A DNA stretch of 64,000 nucleotides from Gekko japonicus (GCF_001447785.1 NW_015173751.1:18875-82874), one strand, 5' to 3'. Numbered from the stretch's first letter, positions 1 to 13,076 are shown. A program made the numbers and translations. The notes: generated from the letters alone by a model not told the origin.

Positions 1-76
1 TACTACGGCTTGCCCAAGGTCATCCAGCCAGGTGCAAGTGGAGGAGTGGGGAATCAAACCTGGTTCTCCCAGATAA
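1..76 (-). mobile_element. Squam3-like tRNA SINE, 5' fragment
   Basis: Near-identical reverse complement of ~36140-36213 (B-box GGTTTGATTCCCC region). Confidence 0.7.
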
Positions 77-1732
77 ACATTAAACTAAACTGGCTCTCTC
101 TTATGCTGTGTTTTATGCTTATACTAGGAATAAGGCCCATTGTGGAAATAAATACAATGAGCGCTAGAAACAGGCTCTGGGAGAGTGCCAAGGCCATGGG
201 CACTCAGAATCAATTTGCCATGGCAACCTCAGCAGGGTATAAGAACACAGAGTCCACCATTTTCTCTAGGGGAATGGATCGATGCCATCTGGAGAGCAGT
301 TGTAATTCTGAGTGATCTCCAGCCCCCACCTGGAGATTGGCAATAGTGGTTCCCCATTACGGAATGGCTGGTTTGGAGGGCAGAGTCTATGGCATTGTAC
401 CTGTCTGAGGCTCCACTCCTCCTCAAACCTCACCCTCTCCAGGCTCCATCTCTCAAATCTCCAGGATTTCCCCATCTTCCCAGCCAAGCATCAACCTACA
501 TTCCCCCCTTATTGATCAGCTTTCCATTTCCCCCCCACCGTGCTCTGAAGCGCTCTCTGGTACATATCTGTGGCAGTAAATCCTATTATTTTTTGCCTTG
601 TGCTATTCTGCTTGTGGTGTGATCTGTCTTTTTTGTGGTGTGGCATAATTGTGTTATTGGGTTTGTTTCTTTTGAAGGGGATGTGATGTGTTGTGAGTGA
701 GGACATATTTTACCTCAGAATACAGCAGGTCCCATATGTAACTGACAAGTTACATGCCACACCCTCCCCCCTGTCTCGGTGGGGGGGGGGGGGAGTTTGA
801 GGTGCGGAATGAAGTGAAGTCCAGTCAGCGTCCATATGCAAATAACCTTGAAACGCTGGCCCAATCAGAGAAGAGTGGCCTAGGCTGCAGTGGGTGGGAG
901 AGAACTCAGGCAACACAGCCAGTGGATAGAGACACCTTGTGATTGACATATCACAGAGCCAACTGATTTTAGAGTGCATAGAACATTGTGGGACCACTAC
1001 TCAATTATATATAAGGAGAGATTTATATTGTTGTTTTATCTGTTGAAATTTTATGTAAGCCACCCTGAGTGGGGAGGGTGCGGTACAATAAAATCAAATA
1101 AATAAACATTTTGTTTAAAGTCAGGTCTGTTATCTAACTTTTGGCCCACCAAATTTTCCACCTATGTATTGTGGCTTGTTGATGTTTGAGTTATTAATGG
1201 GCTGCGATTGAGTTGGATGAAATTATTCATCCCTTCTTTATGATATCCACTGGCACGTCTAGTAACAGAGCAGGCAACTGGCAGACCAAGAATGGAATTG
1301 TTCATTCATGAGGATGTTCAAAAGGGGAGCTGTGTTGATCAGAACTGAAAGCCTGATCCAGGGTCCCCCAGTTTACCAGTTCAGGGGACAGGGTGGGCAT
1401 CTGTGCATATATGAGAGTAGTGAATCCCACCCGACTCTACTACTTCCTCTCTGTTCCAAACAAACAGTACATGATATTAAAGACCATCTGATTGGAGCTG
1501 CCATGAAGGTACTTTTCTTCAGTGTCGAATTGACAAAACAGGATTCTGGAGCCAGCTCTGAATCCCTATCTGTGCCCAAGAAAGAATCCAAGCTTAATGG
1601 CAGAAGGGGAAAAGGCCGCAGTTCAGTGGTAGAGCATATTGCTTGTGCATATTGTGTCCAGTTAACACAAGATCACAGGTTGCTGGGTGAAAAGACCTCT
1701 CCCTGAGACCCTGCAGATCCATTACTTGTTTG

Positions 1733-2095
1733 TAGGGTTACCAGGCCCAGCAGCAGATGGGGGGGGGAGTAACATGAGGGGCAGCCATGGGTGATGGCAT
1801 GATGTCATCCATGAAAACCTCAGGCAGGTGACATCAGTTATCTCTAGGAATCTCTGGAAACTTTCAGGGAAAACCTGGAAGTAATGCCAGTCTTCTCTAG
1901 GGATTGAGTTTCCAGCAATGCTTAGAGAGGTGTGATGTCACTTCCATGTTTTCCCTGGATGTGACTTCACTCCATAGGCCCCAAAGTGATTTTTTTATTA
2001 TTATTTTTTTCTCCTGATACTGCTCAGAGTAGTGGAGGCAAAATGGGAGCTGGGGGTGGGGGATCCTCCATCCTCACTGGGGGACTGGGAACACT
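1733..2095. mobile_element. Non-autonomous DNA transposon (MITE) of the AGGGTTGCCA...TGGCAACCCT type
   Basis: tagggttacca at the left end, degenerate gggaacacta at the right end, internal GATGTCAC/GTGACATC inverted motifs shared with other copies in the window. Confidence 0.55.
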
Positions 2096-3151
2096 ACGTG
2101 TCGGTGATTCTTGGATAAGGTATCTTCTAATATCCACATGTCTACCCACAGTGGGATTTCAGTCCAAGGAAAAAAAAATGCACACAATTCTTAATTTTTT
2201 ATACCTGGCCTTTGCATCCATGGTTGTATTTGAAACAGGCTTTTTTAAAAAAACTTTTGGGAATATAATTTTTTGGGTGCATGGCTGTATAAAAATAGTG
2301 AAAGATCTGTTTCTCGAGGTAGTATTTTTTTAAAAAATCAATCACATAATTTTGTAACATTTTCAGAGAACCTTTATTTCTTTCATGTGAAAGACTGATG
2401 TGCTATGCCCGTATCCTCTAATAGGATTGAGTGATGTTTTCAAAAAACTGTTCTTTGTATAGCCAAGATATACAATGGCTATACAAAGAACATGTGAATG
2501 GCTTCCTCTGTTTCTTCTTACTGGTTTGGCTGGGAATGCTTACCTTCTCCTAACTGCTGACACTGCCGTGGATGAAAACTCCATTTTACAAATTGCTACT
2601 GCTGAAAAGGAACACTTTGATAGCTCTTTGGTTAGCTGGCATATTGATTGTTTATGAAAAAGCTTTTGCTCATAGAAAAAAAGATAACACTTATGAAATA
2701 CAGCTAATCATTGGCAGTGCATTAACGGAAAGCACTAATATATAATATAATATTACTAGAGCAGGGGTTTGGTTTTNNNNNNNNNNNNNNNNNNNNNNNN
2801 NNNNNNNNNNNNNNNNNNNNNNNNNNNNNNNNNNNNNNNNNNNNNNNNNNNNNNNNNNNNNNNNNNNNNNNNNNNNNNNNNNNNNNNNNNNNNNNNNNNN
2901 NNNNNNNNNNNNNNNNNNNNNNNNNNNNNNNNNNNNNNNNNNNNNNNNNNNNNNNNNNNNNNNNNNNNNNNNNNNNNNNNNNNNNNNNNNNNNNNNNNNN
3001 NNNNNNNNNNNNNNNNNNNNNNNNNNNNNNNNNNNNNNNNNNNNNNNNNNNNNNNNNNNNNNNNNNNNNNNNNNNNNNNNNNNNNNNNNNNNNNNNNNNN
3101 NNNNNNNNNNNNNNNNNNNNNNNNNNNNNNNNNNNNNNNNNNNNNNNNNNN

Positions 3152-4285
3152 NGTGAGCGAACTTGAGGCCTCAGGCATGTCTTCTGGTTCCATTCTGGAT
3201 TATTTCAGTTCACTCAGTCTTGAGAAAGTTGACAGATTGCTCTCAACTGTATGCCCAACCACATGGAGCCTTGATCCGTGTCCTTCATGGCTTATAAAAG
3301 CTGGCCGTCTAGCATGGAAGTGTCATCCAGTCCGGCTTCCAGCCAGGCCATGGGACGGAAATGGCACTGGTTGCCCTCACAGATGACTTCCGAAGGTATC
3401 TGGATTGAGGTGGTACAGCGGTACTGTTGTTGTTGGACCTGTCAGCGGTGTTCGACATGGTCGACCATCAGTTACTGATCCACCACCTCCCTGACATTGG
3501 GATCCAGGTGCTTGCCTTGCAATGGCTCGTCTCCTTCCTCCAATGTCGGGGACAGAGGGTGGCATTAGGGGAACAGACTTCCCAGAGGTACTTACTGGTT
3601 TGCGGGGTCCCTCAAAAGATGGTGCTGTCCCTGATGTTATTTAACATCTACATGCGCCCCCTCACCCAGATTGCCCAAAGGCATAACCTAGGGTGTCATC
3701 AATACGCTGATGACACCCAGCTATATCTGTTGTTGGGCGGTCAGTCCAACTCTACCCCAGATGACCTGGAGTGGGTGCTTCAGGACATGGTGGGCTGGCT
3801 TAGACTGAGTACTGAATCTGATGAAGACGGAGGTCCTGTGCCTGAGTCGGAGTGGGCCGGGGTTAGGGATCCCACTCCCAACCTTCGATGGGGCACCATT
3901 GGTGCCAGCGCCAAAGGTTAGGAGCTTGGGAGTGCTCCTGGATGCCGCCTTAACAATGGAGGCCCAGGTAGCAGCCACTGCCAAGGCAGCCTTTTACCAT
4001 CTATGGCTGATTAGGCAGCTGGTTCCCTTCCTGAAACGCAATGACCAGGCAACGGTGATTCATGCTATGGTCACCTCAAGATTAGACTACTGTAATGCTC
4101 TCTACATGGGGCTGCCCTTGTCTCAGATTTGGAAGCTGCAGCTAGTGCAAAATGCAGCAGCCAGGCTGTCGATGGATCTCTCAATATGGGACCACATCCA
4201 GCCTGTGCTGAAGGCATTGCACTGGCTGCCAGTAGCTTACCGGATTCATTTCAAGGTGCTGTTTTTGACCTTTAAAGCCCTATAT
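3152..4285 (+). mobile_element. L2-clade LINE ORF2 (reverse transcriptase) fragment, frameshifted, internally deleted, 3' truncated
   Basis: Motifs LDPCPSWLIK, QSGFQPGHGTE, LLDLSAVFDMVDH, GVPQ, YADDTQLY, TSRLDYCNALYMGLP and LHWLPVAYRIHFKVL across ORFs 3427-3921 and 3821-4300. Confidence 0.92.
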
Positions 4286-4685
4286 TGTTGCTCAAAGTAG
4301 CTTCTTAAGCCTCCCAGAATCACCCCAAGGAAGAAAAACTGATCCAAAATTTGTTCCACGTTCACAGTAGAAACTGTGCAATCAGGTTAGCCACTCTGAG
4401 AAGAATGATGAAGATGTGAACAACTAGAGTCAACCATGTCAGTTTCCCTTCCCGATGCAAAGAGATCAGGTAGATGAGGGATGGATAAACAAACACAAAG
4501 GCCAGGCCACATGTTGCTCCAGAATACCTTATGATTCCACCTATGTTAGGGTATAATATGGCCATGGCAACACCAACGCCAACAACTGCAATGTTCAAAA
4601 CCAATACATGGAAAATACTCGGGTAAACATTCCCAAAAACATGTCCTAAAAGCTGGACCCGTGCCAAGTAACCAAGCAGTGGGTA
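4286..4685 (-). pseudogene. SLC38A9: Processed pseudogene fragment of SLC38A9 (lysosomal arginine-sensing amino acid transporter): C-terminal 107 codons plus probable start of the 3' UTR
   Basis: 4685-4362 translates as [107 protein letters not shown], matching the vertebrate SLC38A9 C-terminus as I recall it. Homology starts abruptly with no polypyrimidine-AG acceptor, and I saw no upstream exons. Confidence 0.9.
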
Positions 4686-7600
4686 GTTCAGATCTGACCT
4701 GAAGTGTCAGAATTTCATTCTCCTTCTAGGGTTCTGTCCAAATATCAGCCCGCTTGGCATGATAAGAGTTCTGCTCTTCAATCTGCCCATATGATCAACA
4801 AACTTCACTCCTGACCCATGTGGTATAGCTTAATGGTGTCCACTGTCTCCACCAGATGCAGCTGTGGTTCCAAGTGTACACTGATCTACCAGGCACCATC
4901 TTTAAATCTCAGCTTCCAGACTTCTGCTCTGGAGGAGGATCTCTAACAACTAGGATTGTCACATGGCATGGATATCCAAGCAGTATCCAGTTTCTGGGCA
5001 TGCCATTTGGTGCCTGTTCAGATAATTAGCCAGAGCAGATTCCCAAATTTTGTTTAAAAGTTCTCTCTGTCTGGTACAGTTTGATTGTGCCCTTCCTTCA
5101 AGGAGCTCAGAGAAGCATACATGGTTCTCCCTTACCCAATTTATACTAACAGCAACTCTGTGAGGTAGGTTGGGCTATCAGTGTTTGAGTTGCCCAAGGA
5201 CATCCATGAGGCTTCATGGTAATGTGGGGGCTTGAACCTGGATTGCCCATACAGTAGCCTGGAGAAAAATATACTTTCCCTTTAATAGAGGGTTAATTTG
5301 TGGAAATTGATATTTGAAGGTTTTCAACCCCCTTAATTCTTTTGGATAGCTACCACTCAAGTTGGGTAGATGCAAATAAATTGGGAGGATGAGAATAAAT
5401 TACAACTTCATGGCTTCTCCCCCTTAGCAATATGCCATCTTTGGTTCTCAGAAGTTAAGAAATGCTTGAACAATGAATCTGGGACACAGGTCTTCAAGCT
5501 GATAGAGATTAGGCACATCTGTATCTGGCAATAGGAAATTATGGCCAAAATTTCATGCCAACAAACTAACTTGATGCTCTAGAATTCCCTGAATATTATT
5601 ATTATTATTATTACACCTTGGTCTGCTTTAATCACCTCAGTGCGCCTGCAAAGGAGATATCTATACCTTCTCTACTCCCAACATCTGTGATTCTGCCAAT
5701 GGAACACAATTGAAACATTGCAACATGTGTTATTATATTGCCTATTTTACAAGGACATTCATTCCGCATATTTCACCCCGGTTCTATCCAAGTTCCCAGG
5801 AAGATCTGATAAATTCTATACATATCTCCTCCTTGCAGACCAATCTAATCAGACCACCTGTAAAGTGGCCAAATTCTGTGCTGAAGTTTTGTCTGTAAGA
5901 AAGCAGATATTCCAAACCTTTTTATTAATAATTTGTTAATGTATAATTAATTATACCTATAAGGCTATGAATTTTAATCTTTGCATAATAAAATTATATT
6001 TGTAAGTAAACTGTGCTGGTAAGCTGCCGTTGGCTGATCTTTCGATTGTAATAAATGTTGATGATGACAATTTTCATGGCAAGGAGGAAAACAGCACCCC
6101 TCGGTTAAGGGACAAGAAATTTTTCTTCAGTTCTTTTAGCAACCTAGACCCAGATCCTGGCTCAGCATCCTAATCTGTATGCTACACTGGCTCTCTAGTT
6201 AATATTCTAGCCCCTCTAGATAAAAACATATGAGATAACATGTATAGGCGTTTTTTGTGCCCAACAGTTAATAAGAAACTCTCTCCTTCCATTTTTCTTG
6301 CCACTGCCAAAGCTAAATAGGTTTTTGTTCTTGATACTTTGTATTACTTTGTATAACAATGTCATGTTATGTATTGACTGTGATAGTTTGTAAAGTAAGT
6401 GACACCTTTGCAGTATCAGTGATACTCCTGACTAAAAAAATTGATATTAATTGTTAAATGTCATTATAATATTCTTATAAATTTGTAACCATTTTGAATT
6501 CAATAAACTGTTCATTTTTTAAAGTCCTGTAGCTTTCAGTGGAGAATTTAAGTGGATGCTTAAATCTTTCCCATTTCAGTTCAACAGGAATTAAAAGTAG
6601 ATCACATATATTATTTTTTCTTTTTACTCTATCTGCAAAACTTGCAGTTTATGCATGGATCTCAGTCTTGCTAGGATATTCCCCCCCCCCCATTAAAAGT
6701 AAATAAGACTGTGATTTCTGTTTGTAAATACATAGACAAATGAAGCTCATTGCTTTTAATAACTAAAGAAAATATTGTTCATCTGATTATTTACTTCAGT
6801 TAAACAGGGACGATTACAAAAAATGACTAGTTACAAAATGTTCCTGGGTTGTTTTTTTTTTCATATTAATAGTAATTATATGTTGCATTAATAGGGGCAA
6901 GAGACCATTCATGCTATGCTAGTCGATATTATGGTTGCATGTAACATGGAACAGTTTATATTCTCATTATAGGTTAAGTTTTATATTACCTTCAAAGAGA
7001 TTCAGAATGAAATGTGATGGTCTTTGCCTTTCATCATTGAACCAAGTCTGTACTGTGATGTGTACAATTTGCCCTCTTTTCAAACAAAAGCAAATTTAGT
7101 TTTATAACATCAGGGAAAGAAACAGCCCATGTAGCATCAAAGTACTCTTCTACAACTCAGTCAGCATTTACTTAGAAGGATTTCCACCAAGTTCATTGAG
7201 ACTCAACACACTAGCATGCACAGTAGTAGATGTGGGTTTTATCTGTTACCTTAGATCCTTCTTGCAAGGAGTTCAGAGCAGGATACGTGAAAACAACATG
7301 TAAAATCCTCCCAATAGCTTGGCTGAAACAAGCATAGGCACAGAATGGCTGCTTTGGTTGGTCATGCATTGAAGAGCTTTTTGCTCCATTATGGCTCAAA
7401 CCCAAACAAAAATGGGACATGCCATTCCTTAGGAGGAGGTACTGATGTCCATACCTTGGCTGTCATTGGTGAGAGCTGGCTTTGAGGTTCAGGTATGAGT
7501 TTGGATGCAGTGTGGGGGAATGAGCATGGAGATGAAACATTTAAGAAATCCTGATCTCCAGGGCTGATCTGGAGACCTGGTGGCATGCTAATGGGACGCC

Positions 7601-8569
7601 AGGATTCCTGAGTATTAGCTGGTGGTCCAATGGTTGAGGGAGCACATTTCTTCTCGCCACCCCATAGGACGGTGGCCACCCCAAAACACAATTATTATAA
7701 GGAGAGATTTCTACAAAACATGGAAAGTCTAGAAAATGAACTGTTATTTCCCAAGTCGCAACTCTGGCCACAGTTCAGGTTAGATGGATGATTAAACAAA
7801 CCAATAGATCTTATTCCTGTCCACCTCCATCCAACTTGGACACTCATCTTCAGTGACTTCAGTCTTGGATTCTGAAATGCAAAATCTTTGACAGTTTGGA
7901 ACTTAATTGGCTGTCTCTTTGAAGAAGATCTGTGTGTCCTCAGGTCTGGTGCAGATACAAATGAGCACAAAAATGATTTTTAAACGGTCAAACAAACTCT
8001 TTGTTGGCAGAAGTTCTAGGCTGACTGTTGTTGCTAATTCATGGAGGTATCAGGGAAAAAAGAACAAAAAGCCCATCTCAGGGCTTGCTTCTTTTGTCAG
8101 TTCAAGAACAGACCATGCCAATGTAGCTTCCTTAATGCCTATAAAACAAGACATTAGATTGCTAAAGAATTACACTTGCAGAGGAAATGAATAAGGGTAT
8201 GTCGTTATTAATTTACTTGGAGATTTCAGAGTGCTCTTCAGAATGGCTGAATATATTGTGTTGCTCTTCCCACATCCCCAAGTGATTTGAATTTCCGGAT
8301 TTCACAGGATCAGTATTTTTCTGTGGCAAGAGTGCAGAAGACTTCTATGTATGAAATGAGCAGGGAGGGTATAATCAAACAATCACCTAGGCAAACAGTC
8401 GTAGTCCTTAAAGTAGCGTACCTAGAGTAGGGGCTTGGGAGATTCCTGGAGATTTGGGAGCCATGCCTAGGGAGGGCACCTATCAAAATGTCCTGTCTGA
8501 AAGACATCCATCAGATTGCTTGCAGACAGGATACTTTGGCAGGATCTGAAACCATGTTTTGAAACTGGC

Positions 8570-8812
8570 TTATTAATTTTATGTGTTTATTACCTATCCA
8601 TTTTTTTCTCCCAATCGGGACCCAAAGCAGTTTACACCATTTCCCCTCCCCTCCTCCATTTTATCCTTACAACAGCAACCTTGTGAAGTAAATTAGGCTG
8701 AGAGATGGAGTGATTAGCCCAAGATTACCCAGTGAGCTTCCATGGCAGAGTGGGGATTCAAACCTAAGTCTCCCAGATCCTAGGCCAACACTAACTGGTC
8801 CACCACACCACA
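8570..8812 (-). mobile_element. Old Squam3/MIR-like SINE
   Basis: tttatccttacaacagcaaccttgtgaagt...gcccaagattacccagtgagcttccatggcagagtggggattcaaacc core. Similar decayed copies at about 5090-5260, 15915-16100 and 33240-33460. Confidence 0.7.
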
Positions 8813-8842
8813 GTGAACCTTAATTATGGTTTTGTGTGACTT

Positions 8843-8998
8843 ATGCTGCGGTCACACACACTAAACAATCCACTTTCAATCCACTTTCACTGCACTTTCA
8901 ACTGGAGTTTGCCAGTTTACACACACAGTGAAATCCAGTTGGAAAGTGCATTGTTAAGTGGATTGAAAGTGGATTATTTAGTGAGTGTGATCACTGAA
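8843..8998. mobile_element. Fold-back (palindromic) MITE
   Basis: cacactaaacaatccactttcaatccact...agtggattgaaagtggattatttagtgagtg forms a long imperfect inverted repeat. Confidence 0.75.
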
Positions 8999-9331
8999 GC
9001 CCATTCTGCATCTAGCATTCGCTCCATTGTTTTACCAAACCCACAATGGAAGAGAAAAAGATGTGGCTCAAAACCACATTCAGCTACCCCATGCCAGCAC
9101 CATACTGATTGCAGAGTCACCCCTGAAGGGCCATAGAACAGCCATAAATCTATGCAGACACTACCATAAAACTGAGGGATCAAAAGGAAGTGAAACGGGC
9201 ATGCAGTGTGGAGGCTACCATGAAATCCGACAATCAAAGACAGTGAAAGTGGCATGCAATGTAGAAGGGGATTTCTGTTCCAACATGGGTTTGGTAAAAC
9301 AGCAGAGCGAATGCTAGATGCAGAATGGGCC
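8999..9331. mobile_element. Harbinger-like MITE with ~45-bp TIRs
   Basis: gcccattctgcatctagcattcgctc...tttaccaaaccca at the left end and its reverse complement at ~9286-9330. Confidence 0.75.
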
Positions 9332-10499
9332 ATAGTTAGAAGCACTTGTTTGAAGTCCTTGTTTGAACTTAGGTTGCTCCCTGCTATTGCTGTCAGTGTT
9401 ATACAGGAGAGGGTACCAGCCCAGTCTCTGCAGAGGAGACATGGGAAAGAGCAAATGGTGGTGAAACCAGCATTTGTCAAGGAAAACCAAGATTTGAATT
9501 ACAGTCTGCTTACTTACTCTTGGTTTCACAAACTACTCATTGTTAAAATAAATCCTGGTTCTGCATTCTGTCTTTCCTGAGTCTTAGAAAGTTAGCTTTT
9601 GTACTTCTCTGACTTTTTGGAACAGCATTGAAGTTACTCTTTTGTTATAGAGGTACAAGCAAGGGTGGAATCAGGCCTGTGACCTTGGGAGTGTTGCCAC
9701 CCTCTACTTTAATCTGATTGTATCTTGTGGCTAATGACTGGGTATTCTTCACTGGGAAAGACAGAGTGCTACTGCGTTCAAAAGGGGGGGGGGAAATGCT
9801 GACATTTTTTAAAGGATTCTTATCAAAACAATACTGGAGATGGGGGGGGGGTTGTTACTCCACACTGGGCACAGTTTCAAATTGATGGACTTGTCCAGAT
9901 TTCTGGCTTTTATGTATGTTGAACTGCCTCCACTCTGTATTCTTGGTGAAATATTAGGAAAAACAGCATCCATGAGTAATAGTGGGAAAGGTGTTTCTTA
10001 ATATATACCTGGAATTTTTTTTGTCCTGGTTGTCAAGGAAGTGTATACACACTATTTTTTTAAAAAAAATCTAGTTGTCTCTGGGTCTTAAGCACCTCCA
10101 GCCTCTTTCTTCATGAAGACACCGAGAGAGCAATCCTGAGTAGGTTCACTCAGAATCGTACTCAGACTTATTCAATGAAGCCAGTTCTCATGTTATATGT
10201 GAGCAACATGGCTGAAGCACCCATATGTCTACATGACATTCTCATGATGTTTAAATTTCACCATCCTGTGGCTTCAGGATTGCCAGCCTCCAGGTGGGAC
10301 CTGGAGCTCCTCTGTCTAGATGACAGAGATCATTTCCCCTGCATCCCTCAAAGTATAAAGCCCAACAACTGGACATTATGTATGAGAGAAATCACAAGGT
10401 TCAGTAGAATATAATTGATTAATCTCCTTTCTCTATGGCCTGACTTATACAAACCAGAGACAATGCTATAAAATATTGCCACTGTGCCCCGAACTGGAT

Positions 10500-10702
10500 G
10501 CCAAGGCTAGCCCGATTTCATCAGATCTTGGATGCTAAGTAGCTTTGGCCCTGGTTAGTATTTGGGCGGGAGACCACCAAGGAAGTCCAAGGTTGCTACA
10601 CTGAAGCAGACAATGGCAAACCACTTCTGAATGTCTCTTGCTTTGAAAACCCTACAGAGTTGTCGTACGTTGGCTATGACTTGGTGGCACTTTCTACCAC
10701 CG
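10500..10702 (+). mobile_element. 5S rRNA-derived SINE (SINE3) with RTE-like tail
   Basis: cccgatttcatcagatcttggatgctaag...cctggttagtatttgggcgggagaccacc resembles the 5S rRNA internal region; followed by a ...gacttggtggcac tail. Confidence 0.8.
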
Positions 10703-11759
10703 CCAGTGTCACTGTGTGTGCAGGAGTGCATTTTTGCTCCGTCAAAGAAGAAATTCCTGCATACAGAACACAATCATGTCAGAGTGAAGGAGGGGCTAGA
10801 ACCCTTCTCCCGGAGCATCTAGATTTCTATATGCAAGAAGGTATTTTTACACACACACATACACGCGCGCACGTATGTATGTATGTATAAGGGGTCTCAG
10901 AGCCTGAAACAGTACTTGCAGTTTTGCCACAAGCCCTGCTTTTTGTCTAGACCAGCTGTGTGTTGCTCAGTATCAGGACTCAATGAATATAAAAACATCA
11001 TACCAACGAGGTCTTGAAATGTTTGCAAATATATCAAGCAGAACCAGCTGCGAATTTCAGTGTTTAGCAGGAGAATGAAACACAGATTAACGTATTATAT
11101 GTTGTTTGTTTTCCTCAACAGCACAATCAAGACAATGCAAAAGACTTCTAAGAAAATTAATTGTATATATATTAGCTATTCTCTTTAATCCCTGAAGAGG
11201 ATGGGGGAAGGGCAGCTGATGTTGGTGTCTCAATTAAAGTGAACTCATTGTCACCCATTTAATTAGAATGTATGTCCACTTATTGCAATCCAAACTCAAA
11301 AACCTATAATAAATTAGAGCCAGTTAATGAAAAGTGTGTCTTTCCATTTCACAATGTACCAGCCACATGACTAATTAATTTATATTATGGTGCGTAATAA
11401 AAGTAGGTTAAAATTAATTTTTCAGTTTGAGGTCCAATGCTAGTCCTAATAATTATAGTTAGTGATAAATTCACCCAGCTAAAAAAAAAGCAAAACTTTA
11501 ATGCAGTCTATTTTCTAAATAATTATAGATGGGCTCTAGTTCATAATTTCTTAATTAACAGTGAAGCTAATATAAAGCAGAGAATTTTTACCAAGTTTTC
11601 TTTGTTCTTTTAATTAGCTATTGGTGGGTATTTCACGCCAGCTATTGGAAGGGAGAGGTTGAGTGAGGCCTACAGTCAGGCTTCCCAGGTTTCGGTCAGG
11701 GGTGGCGCACCCACCCCTGGATCCTGATTCCCGCCATGACTCCTATGGTTGGTGAGAGG

Positions 11760-12680
11760 AAAAAATGTTTTAAAAAATCCCTGGTTTGTTTATAGATCTT
11801 AATTGTTAACTTATTCAGAAAAAAATGTTTAGGATGTATTGGACACCACAGCAACTCTTTTGTAAAGGATTGAACAGAAGTGTTTAATTGTTGGCAATGT
11901 AAATCACAGAGCGTATCCCTTAAACTTATGCTTTGGGTGTGTCCAATCATTCAGGTTTTTTGGGAGGAAGTTACAGAACAAAGTTTGAGTCTACTGGCTC
12001 CTTTAAGACCAACAAAGTTTAATTCTGGGTATAAGTGTTGTATTAGAATGTTCATTGATTTTTGAGTATGATTATATACTTTTAGAACAAATTTAGACTC
12101 CAGTGGCATCTTTAAGACCAACAAAGGTTTATTCAAGGTATGAGGTTTTGTGTGCATGCACACTTTGATAAAGTTTGATAAAATTTGAGAAAGTGTGCAT
12201 GCACATGGAAGTTCATACCTTGAATAAACCTTTGTTGGTCTTAAAGGTGCCACTGGAGTCTAAATTTGTTCTACTGCTTCAGACCAACATGGCTGCCCAC
12301 CTGGATCTATATACTTTTAAACTGTCTGCCTGTCTCTTGGAGGCTGATGGTGAACAAAAATGGACCCTCTGTAACCTTACTATAGCTAAAAGACTTGTAC
12401 TACAACACTGGAGAGATAAATGCCCACATCTTGTAAATCAATGGACTGAGGACCTTACAACTTTATCCATATTTGAACATATGGCATATAGACAATTATG
12501 TATGGACATATTTTTAGATATTTGGAAATTTTCTACAGCAGTTTATGAGAAGATCTGCCACCACTGTTATACTTTTTATTTCTACTCTGTGTGTGTGTGT
12601 GTGGGGGGGTCCTCTCTCTTTTTAATTTGTTCTTTATTTGAAAGAAATGATTTTTTTAAAAAAAATGTTTTTAAAAATTA
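11760..12680 (+). mobile_element. L1-clade LINE 3' fragment (ORF2 zinc knuckle and C-terminus), interrupted by Penelope ends
   Basis: CWQCKSQSVSLKLMLWVCPIIQVFWEEV, then after the insertion IAKRLVLQHWRDK...QWTEDL; A-rich end near 12660-12680. Confidence 0.75.
11973..12307. mobile_element. Penelope-like element termini in inverted arrangement
   Basis: ~12082-12165 is the near-perfect reverse complement of ~12190-12273; a third partial copy lies at 11973-12035; decayed hammerhead gtgtgcatgcacatggaagttcata. Related fragment at ~49593-49678. Confidence 0.75.
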
Positions 12681-12802
12681 GCGGCCATGATGGCATGACT
12701 GCACTTCCATGAAAAACCTGGAAGGGAAGTCAGTCCACTCTAGTAATTGCTGGAAACTCTATGGTGTGCCTAACAACCCTGCCTTCATTGTTGCTGAATA
12801 AT

Positions 12803-12834
12803 TTCTTCTTCTTCTTCTTCTTCTTCTTCTTCTT

Positions 12835-12864
<30 letters not shown>
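12803..12864. repeat. (TTC)n microsatellite
   Basis: About 20 perfect units. Confidence 0.98.
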
Positions 12865-12865
<1 letters not shown>

Positions 12866-13076
12866 TGCCTGGCCAAATGGTTGGATCCTATTTCATTTTC
12901 CAGATAAGAGCCATGGTCCCAATCTAAATTAAGTTCCTACAGGGAATCTGCAATAGCTGTTTGACTGCCAGTCTCCTTGGAAGTCACATGGTAGATGTCA
13001 TGCGTAATTCAGGTTTGAGTGGAAAGGGGTAGTGGAAGCTTTCTGTGGCATGAAGGTAAATAAATGACCTGATCAT

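Noticed and set aside
2756-3386. Long ORFs spanning N runs (also 53708-54763 and 59592-60336)
   Set aside because: Length is an artefact of untranslatable assembly gaps.
4362-4685. Functional last exon of SLC38A9
   Set aside because: No splice acceptor, no upstream exons recognised, apparent loss of an intron, and a 3' flank cut off by a LINE.
7200-8194. Cluster of short ORFs (also 16715-17215 and 24915-25368)
   Set aside because: No recognisable motifs and no consistent frame or splice structure.
10500-10590. 5S rRNA gene
   Set aside because: Diverged and continuing into a SINE tail; not a functional 5S gene.
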